Source of the DNA: Schizochytrium sp. TIO01 | Taxonomy: Eukaryota > Protista > Bigyra: Labyrinthulomycetes | Reading direction: 5' to 3' | Length of the DNA stretch: 64,000 nt | Assembly (NCBI GenBank): GCA_004764695.1 | Contig: SMSO01000014.1 | Coordinates: 5,756,029 to 5,820,028 of the forward strand | Part shown: positions 37,956 to 50,300 of the stretch, piece by piece | Numbering within the stretch: position 1 is the stretch's first letter | Layout: each line of letters begins with the position of its first letter | Program-made: the position numbers and the translations under genes | The notes under the pieces: generated by a model | Told to the model about the DNA's origin: nothing | Databases searched by the model: none | Seen by the model: the letters and a program-made list of their open reading frames with translations, nothing else

Positions 37956-40900
37956 CCTCGCTCACAGCGCGCACGCAACCTTCTCCAGCTCGGTTGCGAT
38001 CGCAGTCTGGAGCGCGATTTGCCTTCGTGACGGTTTGCAAAATTCAAAAACGCGATGATAAAACAAACAAAAAGAAAAAAATAACTAACCAATAGCCTAG
38101 CACTCCCCAGTTACTAGCTGCGCAACGCATTTTGGGGGATCACAGAGGAACTCGTAAGGATTTAGTAAGAGTAGTGGGCTTGGAAAAAAATGAAAGGGAT
38201 CGAAGGCTTTTGCTTTATAGGTATAAGATCACGGAGTTCCGAAGGACAGCAGATTATAGGAATGCTGTACTTAAGAAGATCCATGTTACGATGCTGAGGG
38301 CTGGGGTATACTCGGTGATCGCAATTAGAGGGGGCTGGGAGTTTGGAGAATTAAAGATTTTGTTTATTGAATATAATGCTGAAATGAGGCTTCAAGTTTT
38401 TTAATTCATGGGACTAGTTCTCAAGAACTAGGAGCGGATGGGCCAAGAAGAAGAACTATGCATTGGAGCAGAAGAGAGAATGTGAATTACATTTGCTCCA
38501 ATTCATGACATGTCTGCGCTGCTGAATCAAACTTCTGGGTCTAAACGTTGCTAAAGAAATGCAAGTCGCTTACGGAGTATTTTCTAGCCGTGAATTCATC
38601 AATGCAAGTAACGTTGCAAATGAAAACCTTACACCAATTATAATTAGCACCATAGATGTTGATAGAGACTCGCCACCTATTGAAATAATATACAGCTACT
38701 GCCTAAGCTTACCTAACCTTACCTAACCTGGCTCTCCTGTCTGTTGGTCTGACATTATACATTCATCCCTGCCTGTATCCAGACCCGAAACCCCCATAAC
38801 TCATATATCATTCTCTTTCTCTTTCTCCTGAGCTTCCCATCCTTGTCAGACTACCTCTGCACGCTTCACGGCACAAGCTACTCTGCAATACCACCTATGA
38901 GTCGTGCCCTTCTTTGTAAATGCTTTGATGCAAAATTAGATGCAAACCCTTCACAATACATCTAGATATTCAGTTTTCGTGTCTTCGTTGTGAGTGGCAA
39001 CATTAAAAGCCTTCAGTATTTAAGTTCATTGAATATGCGGTGGTTCCAAAGAAATGTGTATTTGTCTTAAAAAACAATTGATGCTCAACTTTCATCTTTA
39101 CAAATTATCAAAACAAAAAATAGAATTTCTTTGGTGTAAACAGTGTTCATCACCGATAGAACTGGGTGTATATCTCTTTGCTCAAAAGAGATATACATTT
39201 GCCTGTTGAAACACCTGTCGGATGCAACTAATCAACGGCGGATAGAAGGAGGATGAGGTGCGTCATTGTCTTCTTTGACTTGTACTGAACTACCGTTTGA
39301 CTTCCGGAGCATTTTTTTGCTTTTTATATTGAATGCGGCAAACTAGAGCACACTGTACATAGGCACTACACCTACAACAGCCCTCAGAAGGCGATGACGA
39401 GCCTGGATTTCTCGGCCTTCTTTTTTATCGGTGATGATGCATCAGAGTATATAAACCGAGTTCTTTTATGTTCTCTTCTTTTTCATGTTAATACAAAGTC
39501 ACTGCACCATTTTTATCAATGTTTGATCTGATACACAGCTATCAAGCATTGATTTTGGCTTTGCCTGAATGATCTATCTGTTTTAAGAAAATAAAATATT
39601 GGGCATGCTGCCTGGAGACTCATTATCCTTCTTTCCTATCGATGGGAACCTTTTTCAAGCTTCGACGTCGCGTCTATTCAGCATCACAGCGACGAAGCAT
39701 TCGAAGTCGTTTCTGAGAATATACTCATCATACATCCGACTTCGAAAAGACCTCTACTACGTCAAACAGAACTCTTCCACTCTCAGAAGGTCCATCTTGT
39801 AGGTACCATGTAGTAGCTACCTACTATCATATGCCGCTAATATTGGTCACCATCGAGGAGATACTGAAGCTGCACTTTTCCAGCATGAGTTGTTCTTTAG
39901 AATACAATATGTCAAGAGCTATTGCTCAAGAAGGCCGTGCAGCGCGTTGCGTCACCAATGTTGCCTACATCCCCAGCATAAAGCTCTTTATACAGCTGGG
40001 AGAAGTCAGATTTAGGTGGCGCTCTGTTCCTACTTTATCTATCGCTTTAATCAAGAAGAGGCCAAAAGCGAAGGTGACGCGTACTTTGCTGGCATCGTAT
40101 CTCGGGTAGAGGTCGCGTCACCAAGGTCTTCTTCGGCGTACAATTCCAAGTCGTTGATGGTAGATGAGGAGAAAGCGCCTGGCTGTCGTGCTGTAGGAAA
40201 TACCAAGCTTGAGGAAGACGCGAGGGACTGGGATGGAGCTAGACGGCACAAGAACCAAGGAAATGGCCAGCGAAATCGTTCAAACTGTTGAGGTTTTTGT
40301 TTCACTTTGTACAATTTCTCTCTTTGAGACAAATAGATTCTCGCTGACGTGCACTAGGATATCACTATTGTATACACTAAAACCTAGAGCGGTGACATAC
40401 GTAGCTTCTTCCAAATCGACCCAAAAGAAACGCCGTGAGAACAAGGTTCCTCAAAGTCGCTGCAGCATTCATACTGGTAGTATACAGGTTCGTTTCTTTT
40501 ACTGGTGAACTTCTATTTGACGGCCATGGGATGTGTGCAGAGAAAGAGCTCTGCCTCTTTTTCTTTACATTTTTTAAAAATGATGAATCACTGCCAAGAT
40601 CTACGAGACTTTTTTGTTTTAAATCTCTTCTTTTACATTTTCTACAGAATAAAGTTGTCATAGGCTGTCAGCAGCAAATTCTTCGACAACCAAAGTTTAT
40701 TGAGCTTTTAAGGAAGTAACACCTTCTGCCTGGCTCAACTTTCCTAGAAATGCATGCAACGATCAAAACGTTAGTAGGTAGGTATATATATTGTTTTAAG
40801 TGGTGTGTTTTTTTACATTTTTATTTTTTATCATTCCGCAATTCGTACGAAATACAAATGATGTTCATCATTGAGGCAAGATGACTCGTCAACTTGTAGT

Positions 40901-42983
40901 CTATGTTTGTTTGCCTATTTTGGCTGCCTCAAGCTTTTTAGAATGTATGGCGATGTCTCTCTAAACGCATTGTGGAGAATTGATCTTTGATACTGAAAAA
41001 AACTAAAACTAAAACTAAAACTAAGGTATAAAAAGTTTTTACTCCAAGTAAGAGGATAGGAATAGCCTCTGATGACTGGTGAGAGTGGAGTTTTATTCTC
41101 TTTATTTTATTTCCGTAGTCCTTTTACTCCAGCTCTCTACAGCTACAAGAAACCATTCAAATTTATCCTGGTACTAATCGTCCACCCACTTCCAGGAATT
41201 ACTTTCGACTGGAGCGGCGTAGAAACAGTGCACGTTTCATAGACTGTAGCCTTATCATCCAGCTAACATCGACATCACTTAGCCGTTCATTCCTATTGTC
41301 CCCTTAATGATGCAATCTAATAACCATGTAAGCCAACTCAAATCTATATTTCCTACTTTAAAATAGCAGTGCATGTTATTACCATTCCTCTCCTTCGTTA
41401 TCACTTTCTTATGCCACCTCTGACAGCACTTATTCTGATACCTACTACTTCGATATTTCTCAAGCCTCTCCTGTTAATGCAGGATGCTCGTCTCATTCAT
41501 TTTTTAAAGATATGGCTGGGGCAATCACAGAGGGTTGATGAGAGTCGTTACCGCCCAAAGTACATCATCAGTAGCATCTTTCGCTCCCTCGGCTCGCAGT
41601 CAACGTATCATATCGACCCGATGTTCCTCACAAACCGGACTGTATCGCTGAGTTTCCACGTAAGATGCAATCAGCTCAAGATTTTAAAAAGGCCAGAGCT
41701 CAACGCTCGAGCCTCAAAAGAACTTCACCTCTCAAACAAAGTCGTTCTGCTCGGAACTCGCATGTCCACAAAGGCTGCGCAACCCATTAAGCGTGAGCTC
41801 CACACATACCAGACTGCGTGTACCTCGGCTTTCTTTGCGATTGACCGCCTCTGATTCGACACTGGTCATTCATTCATTCATTCAATCACATCCATTGCTC
41901 AAGTAGCTGATTCTTCATCTGGCCGCCGCAGAATCAGGTTCCGAGCGTGGGTGTAGATAGACAAATGTCCCAGCAGAGCGTTTGAGGAATATCACCATAA
42001 GCCACCTTCGTCCACGGTCGCTTGGACGCAAAGCTTACTTCATTCCCGCAAGTACATTAGCTTTCTATAGAATTCCGAGGCCAAGCAAGACCCAAATATC
42101 ATGCAGGGTCACTGTGAACTCCTAAAAGTACATGGCAAATGTCGAGAAAAGAAGAAGTAGTCTCAGCTGGCAAAGGCGTCAGCGATCTCGTTATTCTGCA
42201 CAACCGCAGATCAGAGTGTGTCTGATTGAGTGTTCGATCGATTTGCAAGTGCCAGAGGACTCTACGTTGAGAATGAATACAAGAGATATTGCTTTGGGGC
42301 CTGGCTGGGTCAGCGAGAACTCGGCTTTCTCTCACTTTCTATCTCATTCCTGGGACATGAGAAAAAGAACTGCTTTTGTTTGTTCTGTTTGTTTTATGGG
42401 AAGAAAACTTCCTTCTCTTCTTTCTATTGAATTTTGTGAAACTTGCAGTTTGCTTGCTTCAGACTGCAGTTTTATCTTTATGCCGTTGCGTCAGCCTCGC
42501 GTATTGCGTTGTCCTGCACAGTGCATTTTGATGGGAAACGTGAGGGCGGCTCCGAGACATCCCGAGCCTCTGCAGAGACTCCTTGAAAATTGCTGATTGT
42601 TTCTGGAGTTGCTTTTTGCATTCAGAAGTGCGGGGTTTTCTTTTTCGATTTCCTTTTCTATTTCTTTTCTTCTTTTATGCTTGTCTAGTATAATATTACC
42701 ATCGCTAGTGGCTGTTGTTTGTTTGTTCGTTCGTTCGTTCGTTCGTTCGTTCGTTGGTTCGTCCTCCACAGAGTCGAGCTTTCAAAGACATCTACAAAGT
42801 CCGAGGTTTTTACAAACAAAATTGTTGCATACTGAGGCTGCAAGGTGATTGCCCAAGTGCCTATGTGCTCTTTGAAAACTGTCTAGCTCCAACCCAGGAA
42901 TAGCAATCCTCAGCTTTTTGGCTTTGAATCTGTTTATGGCCATACACTGAGAACAATTTAGTTTTCTTCGGCTTTTCTTTAGC

Positions 42984-42986
42984 TTT

Positions 42987-43030
<44 letters not shown>

Positions 43031-43031
43031 T
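42984..43031. repeat. (TTTC)n microsatellite; (TTCG)n at 42726-42753
   Basis: Directly visible tandem units. Confidence 0.95.
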
Positions 43032-43573
43032 TTAATCGCTTATAATAAAAAAAACTTTTACTCACCTCGCAAACCTGCACTTGGTTGGTTAGTTTCAAGC
43101 TGAAAAGCTCGTGTTTGGCCTTCTTCAGCTTGCCCTTCGCAAACTAGCTCACAGCCAGCCTCAATGACGGAGCGGCGATGTTCCCCAAACAGAGACGGGA
43201 ACAGGGCTGTCATTCGAAAGGACGTTCACCTCTTACAATCGTTCAGTGTTTACGGTTTACCTTTTATTTCTTATTAAGGTTACTACAAAACCAAACAAAA
43301 TGTTTATATTTCAAAGAATTCCCGTTGCCAGCACGCACTGCAGCAAACTTTTCGTCAAACCCCAATCAAATTGCAAATCATAGGGTTCACTGCGGCTTCT
43401 GCGGCAGCGTGCAGGTGGCAATAACGCAGCAGCAGCCATACTCGACGGCCAAACACTGAGCGCAGCCTGTCTGGGTGCTTCGCGTCTTCAAAGGCCTTTG
43501 CCGGAATCGACGGGAAGCTGGCGCAGGGCTCAGGAACCGCCAAAAGAGGTACTCTTGCTGCCAGACAGACAAC

Positions 43574-45398
43574 ATGGCCACTACGAGCAGAGGTCGCGAC
43601 AGCTTGAGCGATGCTCTCAAGCGAATGCGGGAGGGCTCGAAGGAGATTGAGTAAGTTACTAGTGGCTGACACCATGGCTTCTACGCTGGACTGGCGCCAT
43701 GCGTACAAAAGAATGAAGAACCTAAGACTCACAGTGCAAGCACCTACGCCCAACGCCTTTATGCAATTTTGCTTTATTTGATGGGTTGCGTATAACATGG
43801 CACCTACGTTGCCGGGGTTTCGTCATACACAAAAGGCTTACAAACAACCGACTCTGTAACCAGGAAGTCGAAGAACTTGCACGCGATCTCATTAATAATT
43901 CTGCTGTGGAGGTCTTACGGTACGTAGATATGAGAACTACAATCCAAAAGCAAAAACACCGCCAACTGACATATGCATTGTTTTGATATCCGTAAGACAG
44001 TCTTCGAAGCTTTCGTATTGGGCCACAGGGTGCTAAAGCCCTTGCCAACGCTCTCGAGAAGAACACATCTCTACGCGAGCTCTAGTAAGTCACTAAAATT
44101 GGAATGTCAAAGTAGCAAGCCCTCAAACTCACATGGGATTCACTCAACTCAACAACAGCTTTTCTCACAATAAAATTGGAGCGGAAGGCGCCAAAGTTTT
44201 GGCAGCAGCGATTTCGAAGAACCAGACACTTGAAACTCTTGCGTAAGTTAAAATCGGCTATCTATTTTACGCCCTTGACGTTAGATGTGAGGGAGTCAAC
44301 TAACAAGTGTAACATGTCATTTTGGGTTGATACATAGACTTGAAAGTGACGACATTCGTGTAGAAGGTGCCAAAGCAATGGCACGTGCCCTCGTGCATAA
44401 TAAGACACTGAAGAACCTTTAGTACGTGCGTTTATCTCCGGGATTGAGAAGAAATAACACTGGAATGTCTAACTAACTCATTCCTGCTCAATGGCTTTTT
44501 GTTTGGTCCTCTTTCCGCTCTGAAAAACTACGGTATATTTATGCATGATCATAGCATTGGTGGAAACGTAATTGGTGATAAGGGTGCAATTGCTATGGCC
44601 AAGGCTCTCCTCAAGAACACGACAATTCAAGAATTACAGTAAGTCAGAATAAGTATGAACAACAAAATGCTTTACGAATCAGAAAGCTGCTTACAGAGAC
44701 TCTAACAATATGCTACTATTTATTTTTTTAAATTTCTTTCAGCATTGGCGGAAATCAAATTGGCGATGTTGGTGCAATGGCCATTGCTAAAGCGCTCGAA
44801 GTCAATCAGACTCTTTTGGAGCTCAAGTAAGTTTTGTTGGTCTAGTGCTTGGTCGAGCGAGGTTCCTAACGTATTTCTCTCCATCAACAGATTGTACAAC
44901 TGTAAAGTAGGTTTGTGCGGAATTCAAGCTCTCAACAACGCACTTGGTAAAAACCAGTCTCTTACAGATCTTTAGTAAGTTTTGTTAATGGCATACGCTG
45001 CGCTCTTGGTCTTGCAGGTCACTCACGTGAGTCTCCACAACTTTTTCTGTTTCTTTCTTTTAAATAGTCTTGGGACTTTCTTGGAAAGATACTACCTGAA
45101 ACAACTTGGCATGAATAGGAAGCTAGCAACGCTCAAGAAACAGATTGCGGAATCAGAGCAAGCTATTGTTGAGCTTGACTTCGCCATCGAAGTATCCGAG
45201 CAACATGGCATGATGATGAAATGCAAACGGTCTCACCCGCATGACAATCAAGATGAGAAAGGGAATCAAGAAGTATTCTACAAAGAACTTGCCATCCGCG
45301 ACCTTGAGAATAAACTCGTTGATGCTCGTATCGAGATGGAGCGTCGCGCTAGTGTGGTCCCATGGTTAGGTGATTTCATTGTACGCACTTCTGCCTGA
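43574..45398 (+). CDS. RI-type (NLRC3-like) leucine-rich-repeat protein with C-terminal coiled coil; 9 exons, 331 aa
   Basis: Exons 43574-43650, 43836-43919, 44001-44084, 44159-44242, 44338-44421, 44555-44638, 44743-44826, 44891-44974, 45068-45398. All introns are GT(A/C)AGT-type (GTAAGT or GTACGT)..AG and phase 2. Spliced product reads e.g. IGGNQIGDVGAMAIAKALEVNQTLLEL. Confidence 0.92.
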
Positions 45399-45750
45399 TC
45401 GTATTCCAGTATATTGCGTTGACAGGCTTTCAAAGTAAAAAGGGGCGACCTGGAAGCACGTGAAACCTTTGGTATCAGACTTAGTGATAGAACGGGTTCA
45501 AAAAAAATTAAACTCCTTAGTTTAGTTTCATACACATAGAGACATTGTAATCAAGTTTAAAACAATTCACAATCATATCCACCAACAACGTCAACTCTTG
45601 CCAGCAGTCTACACGGCATCGTCCCTTGAATGCATTCTTCTTCACAACATATGATGAAGGGAGTACGCACAGTGCTGTGAGTTATATTGGAAGAGAACTG
45701 AAGAGACAGAACGAGCATAAATGATAGAAAATCCCCTTCATTACCTTCTC

Positions 45751-46548
45751 TTACATGGCAAGACCTCCATCTACACGGAAAACCTGACCAGTCACATAAG
45801 AGGACTGAGGATTCAAGGTGAGATATTCTACCATGGATGCAACCTCGTCAGTATATCCGAAGCGCCCGAGCGGGATTCGTTCAGAGGTTGATTCTGCGTC
45901 AAGATGCTCAGTCATATCTGTGGCCAAGAATCCAGGTTCCACGAGGTTTACTCTGATCTTTTTTCCAGCAAGCTCCCGGGCCAACGACTTGCTGAATCCA
46001 GCCAGCCCTGCCTTCGATGCACTATACACGGTTTGACCCGCATTGCCCATGGACCCAACAACGCTGCCAATGTTCACAATAGATGGGCCCGGCCAGGCCT
46101 TCTCTGAGCTCCAGGAGGTCGGGTTCTGTGACGCACAGCGCATAAGATCCTTAAGCACAGCTTTGCTAAGCAGCATGGGGCCCAAAAGATTAACTCGAAG
46201 GGTGTCTTCCATGACCTTTTCGCTCGTACGCATAAGTAAACCTTCTTGGAGAGTACCTGCGGCATTCACGAGAACACCAATCTGATATTGCTTGTCAAAG
46301 TTGGCCTTAATTTCGGCCACAGCCTTTGCAATGTGCGAACTGTCGCTCACATCGCAGATAACAGGAAGCACCTTAGCCGTGGAACCCTTCTCTGACGCGA
46401 TGGCCTCAACTTCGCGTGCAGTGGCCTCAAGGCGATCAAGACGCCGCCCTAGCACCGCAACACCAGCAAGCACCTGGCCATGCTCCGCGAGGACCTTCGT
46501 TACAGCACGCCCAAGCCCACTTCCACCTCCGCTGACCACTGCAAGCAT
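45751..46548 (-). CDS. Short-chain dehydrogenase, 3-oxoacyl-ACP reductase (FabG/CBR4-like; 265 aa from ATG 46548)
   Basis: SGGGSGLG Rossmann motif, VNAAG, GNAGQTVYSASK (YxxxK), IPLGRFG, VTGQVFRVDGG. Confidence 0.9.
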   Translation of the reverse strand: MLAVVSGGGSGLGRAVTKVLAEHGQVLAGVAVLGRRLDRLEATAREVEAIASEKGSTAKVLPVICDVSDSSHIAKAVAEIKANFDKQYQIGVLVNAAGTLQEGLLMRTSEKVMEDTLRVNLLGPMLLSKAVLKDLMRCASQNPTSWSSEKAWPGPSIVNIGSVVGSMGNAGQTVYSASKAGLAGFSKSLARELAGKKIRVNLVEPGFLATDMTEHLDAESTSERIPLGRFGYTDEVASMVEYLTLNPQSSYVTGQVFRVDGGLAM

Positions 46549-47321
46549 CTTTAATATCACCAATCGCCTTTCTAGTCCGTCCCAAACCTGCCCAAACCCT
46601 CCTAAATCCAGCTTTGATCGTGTTTCTAGCTCTCGACAACACTGTTCCTCCTCTCCACTGCGCTGCTGCAGCTTTGAAACGGGTTCCCCCACATCTCGAA
46701 TCTGTGGTGTTGTTGAGGGAGGCTCCGCAACAGCGGCAGTTAGGTTGACAAAGCTAGGGGCGGAGGCTTATGTGAGCTTAGGGAAAACTCGTGAGAGAAG
46801 GAAACCTTCAAAACCGAGTGATTTATAGGATAATGGTAATTAAAATCGATTGCTCGATTGATCAACGATCGAAACTAAAGAACAGAGTAGGAAAGCTAGC
46901 GAGCGAGCGAGCGAGCACGCGAAGTAGAGCCGCGTAGGCTGCTTAGGGTCGTGGCGGTGTCGCAAGGAGCTTCTGCTTAGCGTGTCTGCACGGTTTTGAC
47001 ACGAAGTAGAGAGAGATTAGGCGAGGAGAACTTGAGAGCTGAGATCAGCTAACTTAACTACTGCAGCCCGACGCTCGAGACGTGCTGTACCAGGATTATC
47101 AGCGTACTGGCTGTGCAAAGCAATTGGGGTGTAAAAAGTCGTGCTCTGTCTTCTTTAGTCTTCTTGGACCTAAAGGGATAACCACAAACCGTGTTGACTT
47201 TGCGCGGCTGCTTGGGATTGGGGGCCACTATCAAAGCTGGGACCTATCCATTATACTCAGATCATTGAAGTTTGCTCAAGCTTGCTAACGCTCCTTCACT
47301 CCAACAAACTTGCAAGCAACA

Positions 47322-50300
47322 ATGAGCTATAACCCACTCACCCCATCACGTCGTGAAAACTCACGGGACTCCTTTGTGTCGGCAGCAAGTGGAACGAATA
47401 GAAGTGTTTCCAGCAGCAACAAGCACATCAATCGTGTGACCAACAACACTTGTGGGTCACCACTTCTGGCAACACTACGCTCACCACAAACGCAACGCAT
47501 TAGCACAGATACTGGCAAGACGGAAAGAGGTTCTCCTGGTAGCGTACGTTCTACAAAGAAACGGCAAGAACCCTCAACACTGTCATCATCCATACAAGTG
47601 CACAGATCAGCAGCACAACCTCAGAGCCCAGCTAGTTCGGTCTCTTCCGACGGTGACACAAGAAGCTTAAAACGAAAAATCGAGATTGCACAGAGCAGCA
47701 ACACGCTACGACCTAAACACACGCCCATCAATGACCCGGATGATGCTTTCATTGATGATGGCCTAAATACGGTTGATCGAGAGATTTTGTTGAATATGGC
47801 AGAAAGCCAGGAGAGCATTGCTAATCGCGGCCGTGCCTCGAACTCATCATATCGTTCAGCAAAGTCTACATCCCGAAGCAATGTCTTGAACATTCCTGTT
47901 ATCCGCGAGGGGGCAGTTAATGACTCTGTTGACCTTGTGGGTGCTGATGTGATCAATCATACAAGCAATTATTACCAGGATCGCAACAGTGAAGTTAGTC
48001 ATTCTAATGCGGACAGGAATTCTGATATGGACGATGGTGAGCGTGGTTATGATGACAACTTCCAACCTCAAACTCAAGATGATATAATATCTAGCTCAGA
48101 ATCGTCACGTGATGGACAAGAAGTCTTTGTACAGCACCAAACCCATACCAGCTCAGACGCTCTAAAGAGCGATAGAGGCCTTTCTAATCAATCGGAAAAC
48201 GAATATGCACCTGCAGAGGTGAGACTTAAGAATCCGGCACAGCACATGGAATCTTCAACGTCTTCTTCGTTTCTGACTTCATCAACGGGATTTGAAAAAA
48301 AGCAACCTTCTCAAACTGCCGAAGTAAAAAAGCTTACATCAGAAGCAGAAGACCGCAAGCCACCAAGACTTCCTTTGCAAGGGTCTGTCTCAAGTGAAAT
48401 AACCAAAGAAAGATCAGATAACACTTCCAAAGTGCACGAAAATCAAAATACATCAAGGGAATCCGACATGGAGGTTGACTCAAGCTCGGCCGTGCCTTTG
48501 CCAGCAGTTGTAGATGACAAAATGAGCACAATCGAACCAAACATTATGCAACAGTACAAGAGCTTTGCTTCAATCGATACTAAGGAGGAATTGGAAAGAG
48601 ACAGCAAAGTTGGTTCGTTGCCTTTCTCATCTGATGGTGTTTCTTCTCCTGCGGAATCAAATGAAAACAAGTCTGCTGGTATGAGAGCAAACGCTCTTCC
48701 ACTCTCAACCTCTTCGGAGCAGGGCCAAAAAGGAGAGACTGACGAGCAGATGGATAATTCTTCATGCCAGGATGAGGGTATGTCTGATGAAGATGGACTG
48801 CAGATGATTACTCAAGCTTCTCCACGCTCAGTATCGGCAAATGAGGCAGGTAGATTCCGAGAAGCGCTTAGGTCAGAGGACAGGAGCGAATACGTAACAA
48901 TGCCAACACAAGCTCAGGAGGTACCTTCGCCAGAATGTAGAAGTGCAGATGAGCAACTGCACCAAGTCTCGATGCAGCAACTTGAGGAAAAAAATCAACT
49001 CAGGAACAGGAGCAACAGGAACAAGATCAATCTGAAAACTCTGGAAAACAGCAGCACCAGCTTGCACAAAACAAAAAAGAGCAAGAGCACCCAGAACCAA
49101 CTAAAGAAAATCAACAACAGTATAAGGAGGCACAAGAAGAGCAGCAGACTACGACGAAAACTGAAGAAGAGCAGCATCCTGAAGAGTCAGAAAAGATCGC
49201 TGAAAAATATCAAAAACCTGAAGAGACCAAGAAGATTTCTGAAGAAGAGCAGCAGCCTGTGAAAACTGAAAAGGCTGCTGAAGAAGAGCAGCAGCCTGAA
49301 GAGTCAGAAAAGATCGCTGAAGAAGATCAAAAACCTGAAGAGTCAGAAAAGATCGCTGAAGAAGAGCAGCAGCCTGTGAAAACTGAAAAGGCTGCTGAAG
49401 AAGAGCAGCAGGCCATGGAAACTGATGTTGTGGAGCAGCATCCTGAAGAGTCTGAAAAGATCGCTGAAGAAGCGCAGCATCCTGAAGAGTCTGAAAAAAC
49501 TGCTGAAGAAGAGCGACAACCTGAAGAAACCAAGAAGAATGTTTCCGAAGAAAAGCAGCAGCCTGTGAAAACTGACAATTCTGTTGAAGAAGAGCAGCAA
49601 CCCATGGAAACTGATAAGGCTATTGAAGAAGACCAGCATCCTGAAGAGTCAGAAAAGATCGCTGAAGAAGCGCAGCATCCTGAAGAGTCTGAAAAAATTG
49701 CTGAAGAAGAGCGACAACCTGAAGAAACCAAGAAGAATGTTTCTGAAGAAAAGCAGCAGCCTGTGATAACTGACAAGTCTGTTGAAGAAGAGCAGCAACC
49801 CATGGAAACTGATATGGCTGTTGAAGAAGCACAGCATCCTGAGGAGTCTGAAAAAAATGATGAAGAAGAGCAACAACCTGAAGAAACCAAGATGAATGTT
49901 TCTGAAGAAAAGCAGCAGCCTGTGCAAACTGCCAAGTATGTTGTGGAAAAGCAGCAGGCCATGGAAACTGATAAGTCTGTTGTAGAAGAGCAGCACCCTG
50001 AAGAGACCAAGAAGATTTCTGAAGAAGAGCAGCAGCCTGTGAAAGTTGATAAGGCGATTGAAGAAGACCAGCAGCCTGAAGAGTCTGAAAACATCGCTGA
50101 AGAAGATCAAAAACTTGAAGAGACCAAGAAGATTTCTGAAGAAGAGCAGCAGCCCATGGAAGCTGACAAAGCCGTTGAAGAAGAGCAGCGACCTGAAGAG
50201 AGCAGCAAGGCTGTTGAAGAACAGAAAAAGGTTAATGAAACTGAAGAAGAAGAGCAGGTCAAGGAAACTAAGAAGATCGTTGAAGAAGAGCAGCAACCTG

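Noticed and set aside
37393-38058. 221-aa plus-strand ORF
   Set aside because: Antisense to the GC-rich WD40 part of TBC1D31.
41369-42848. ORFs of 161, 154 and 83 aa
   Set aside because: No family motifs, mostly non-ATG starts, low-complexity or microsatellite-derived text.
44982-45398. 138-aa ORF treated as an independent gene
   Set aside because: It is intron 8 plus the terminal exon of the spliced LRR gene.
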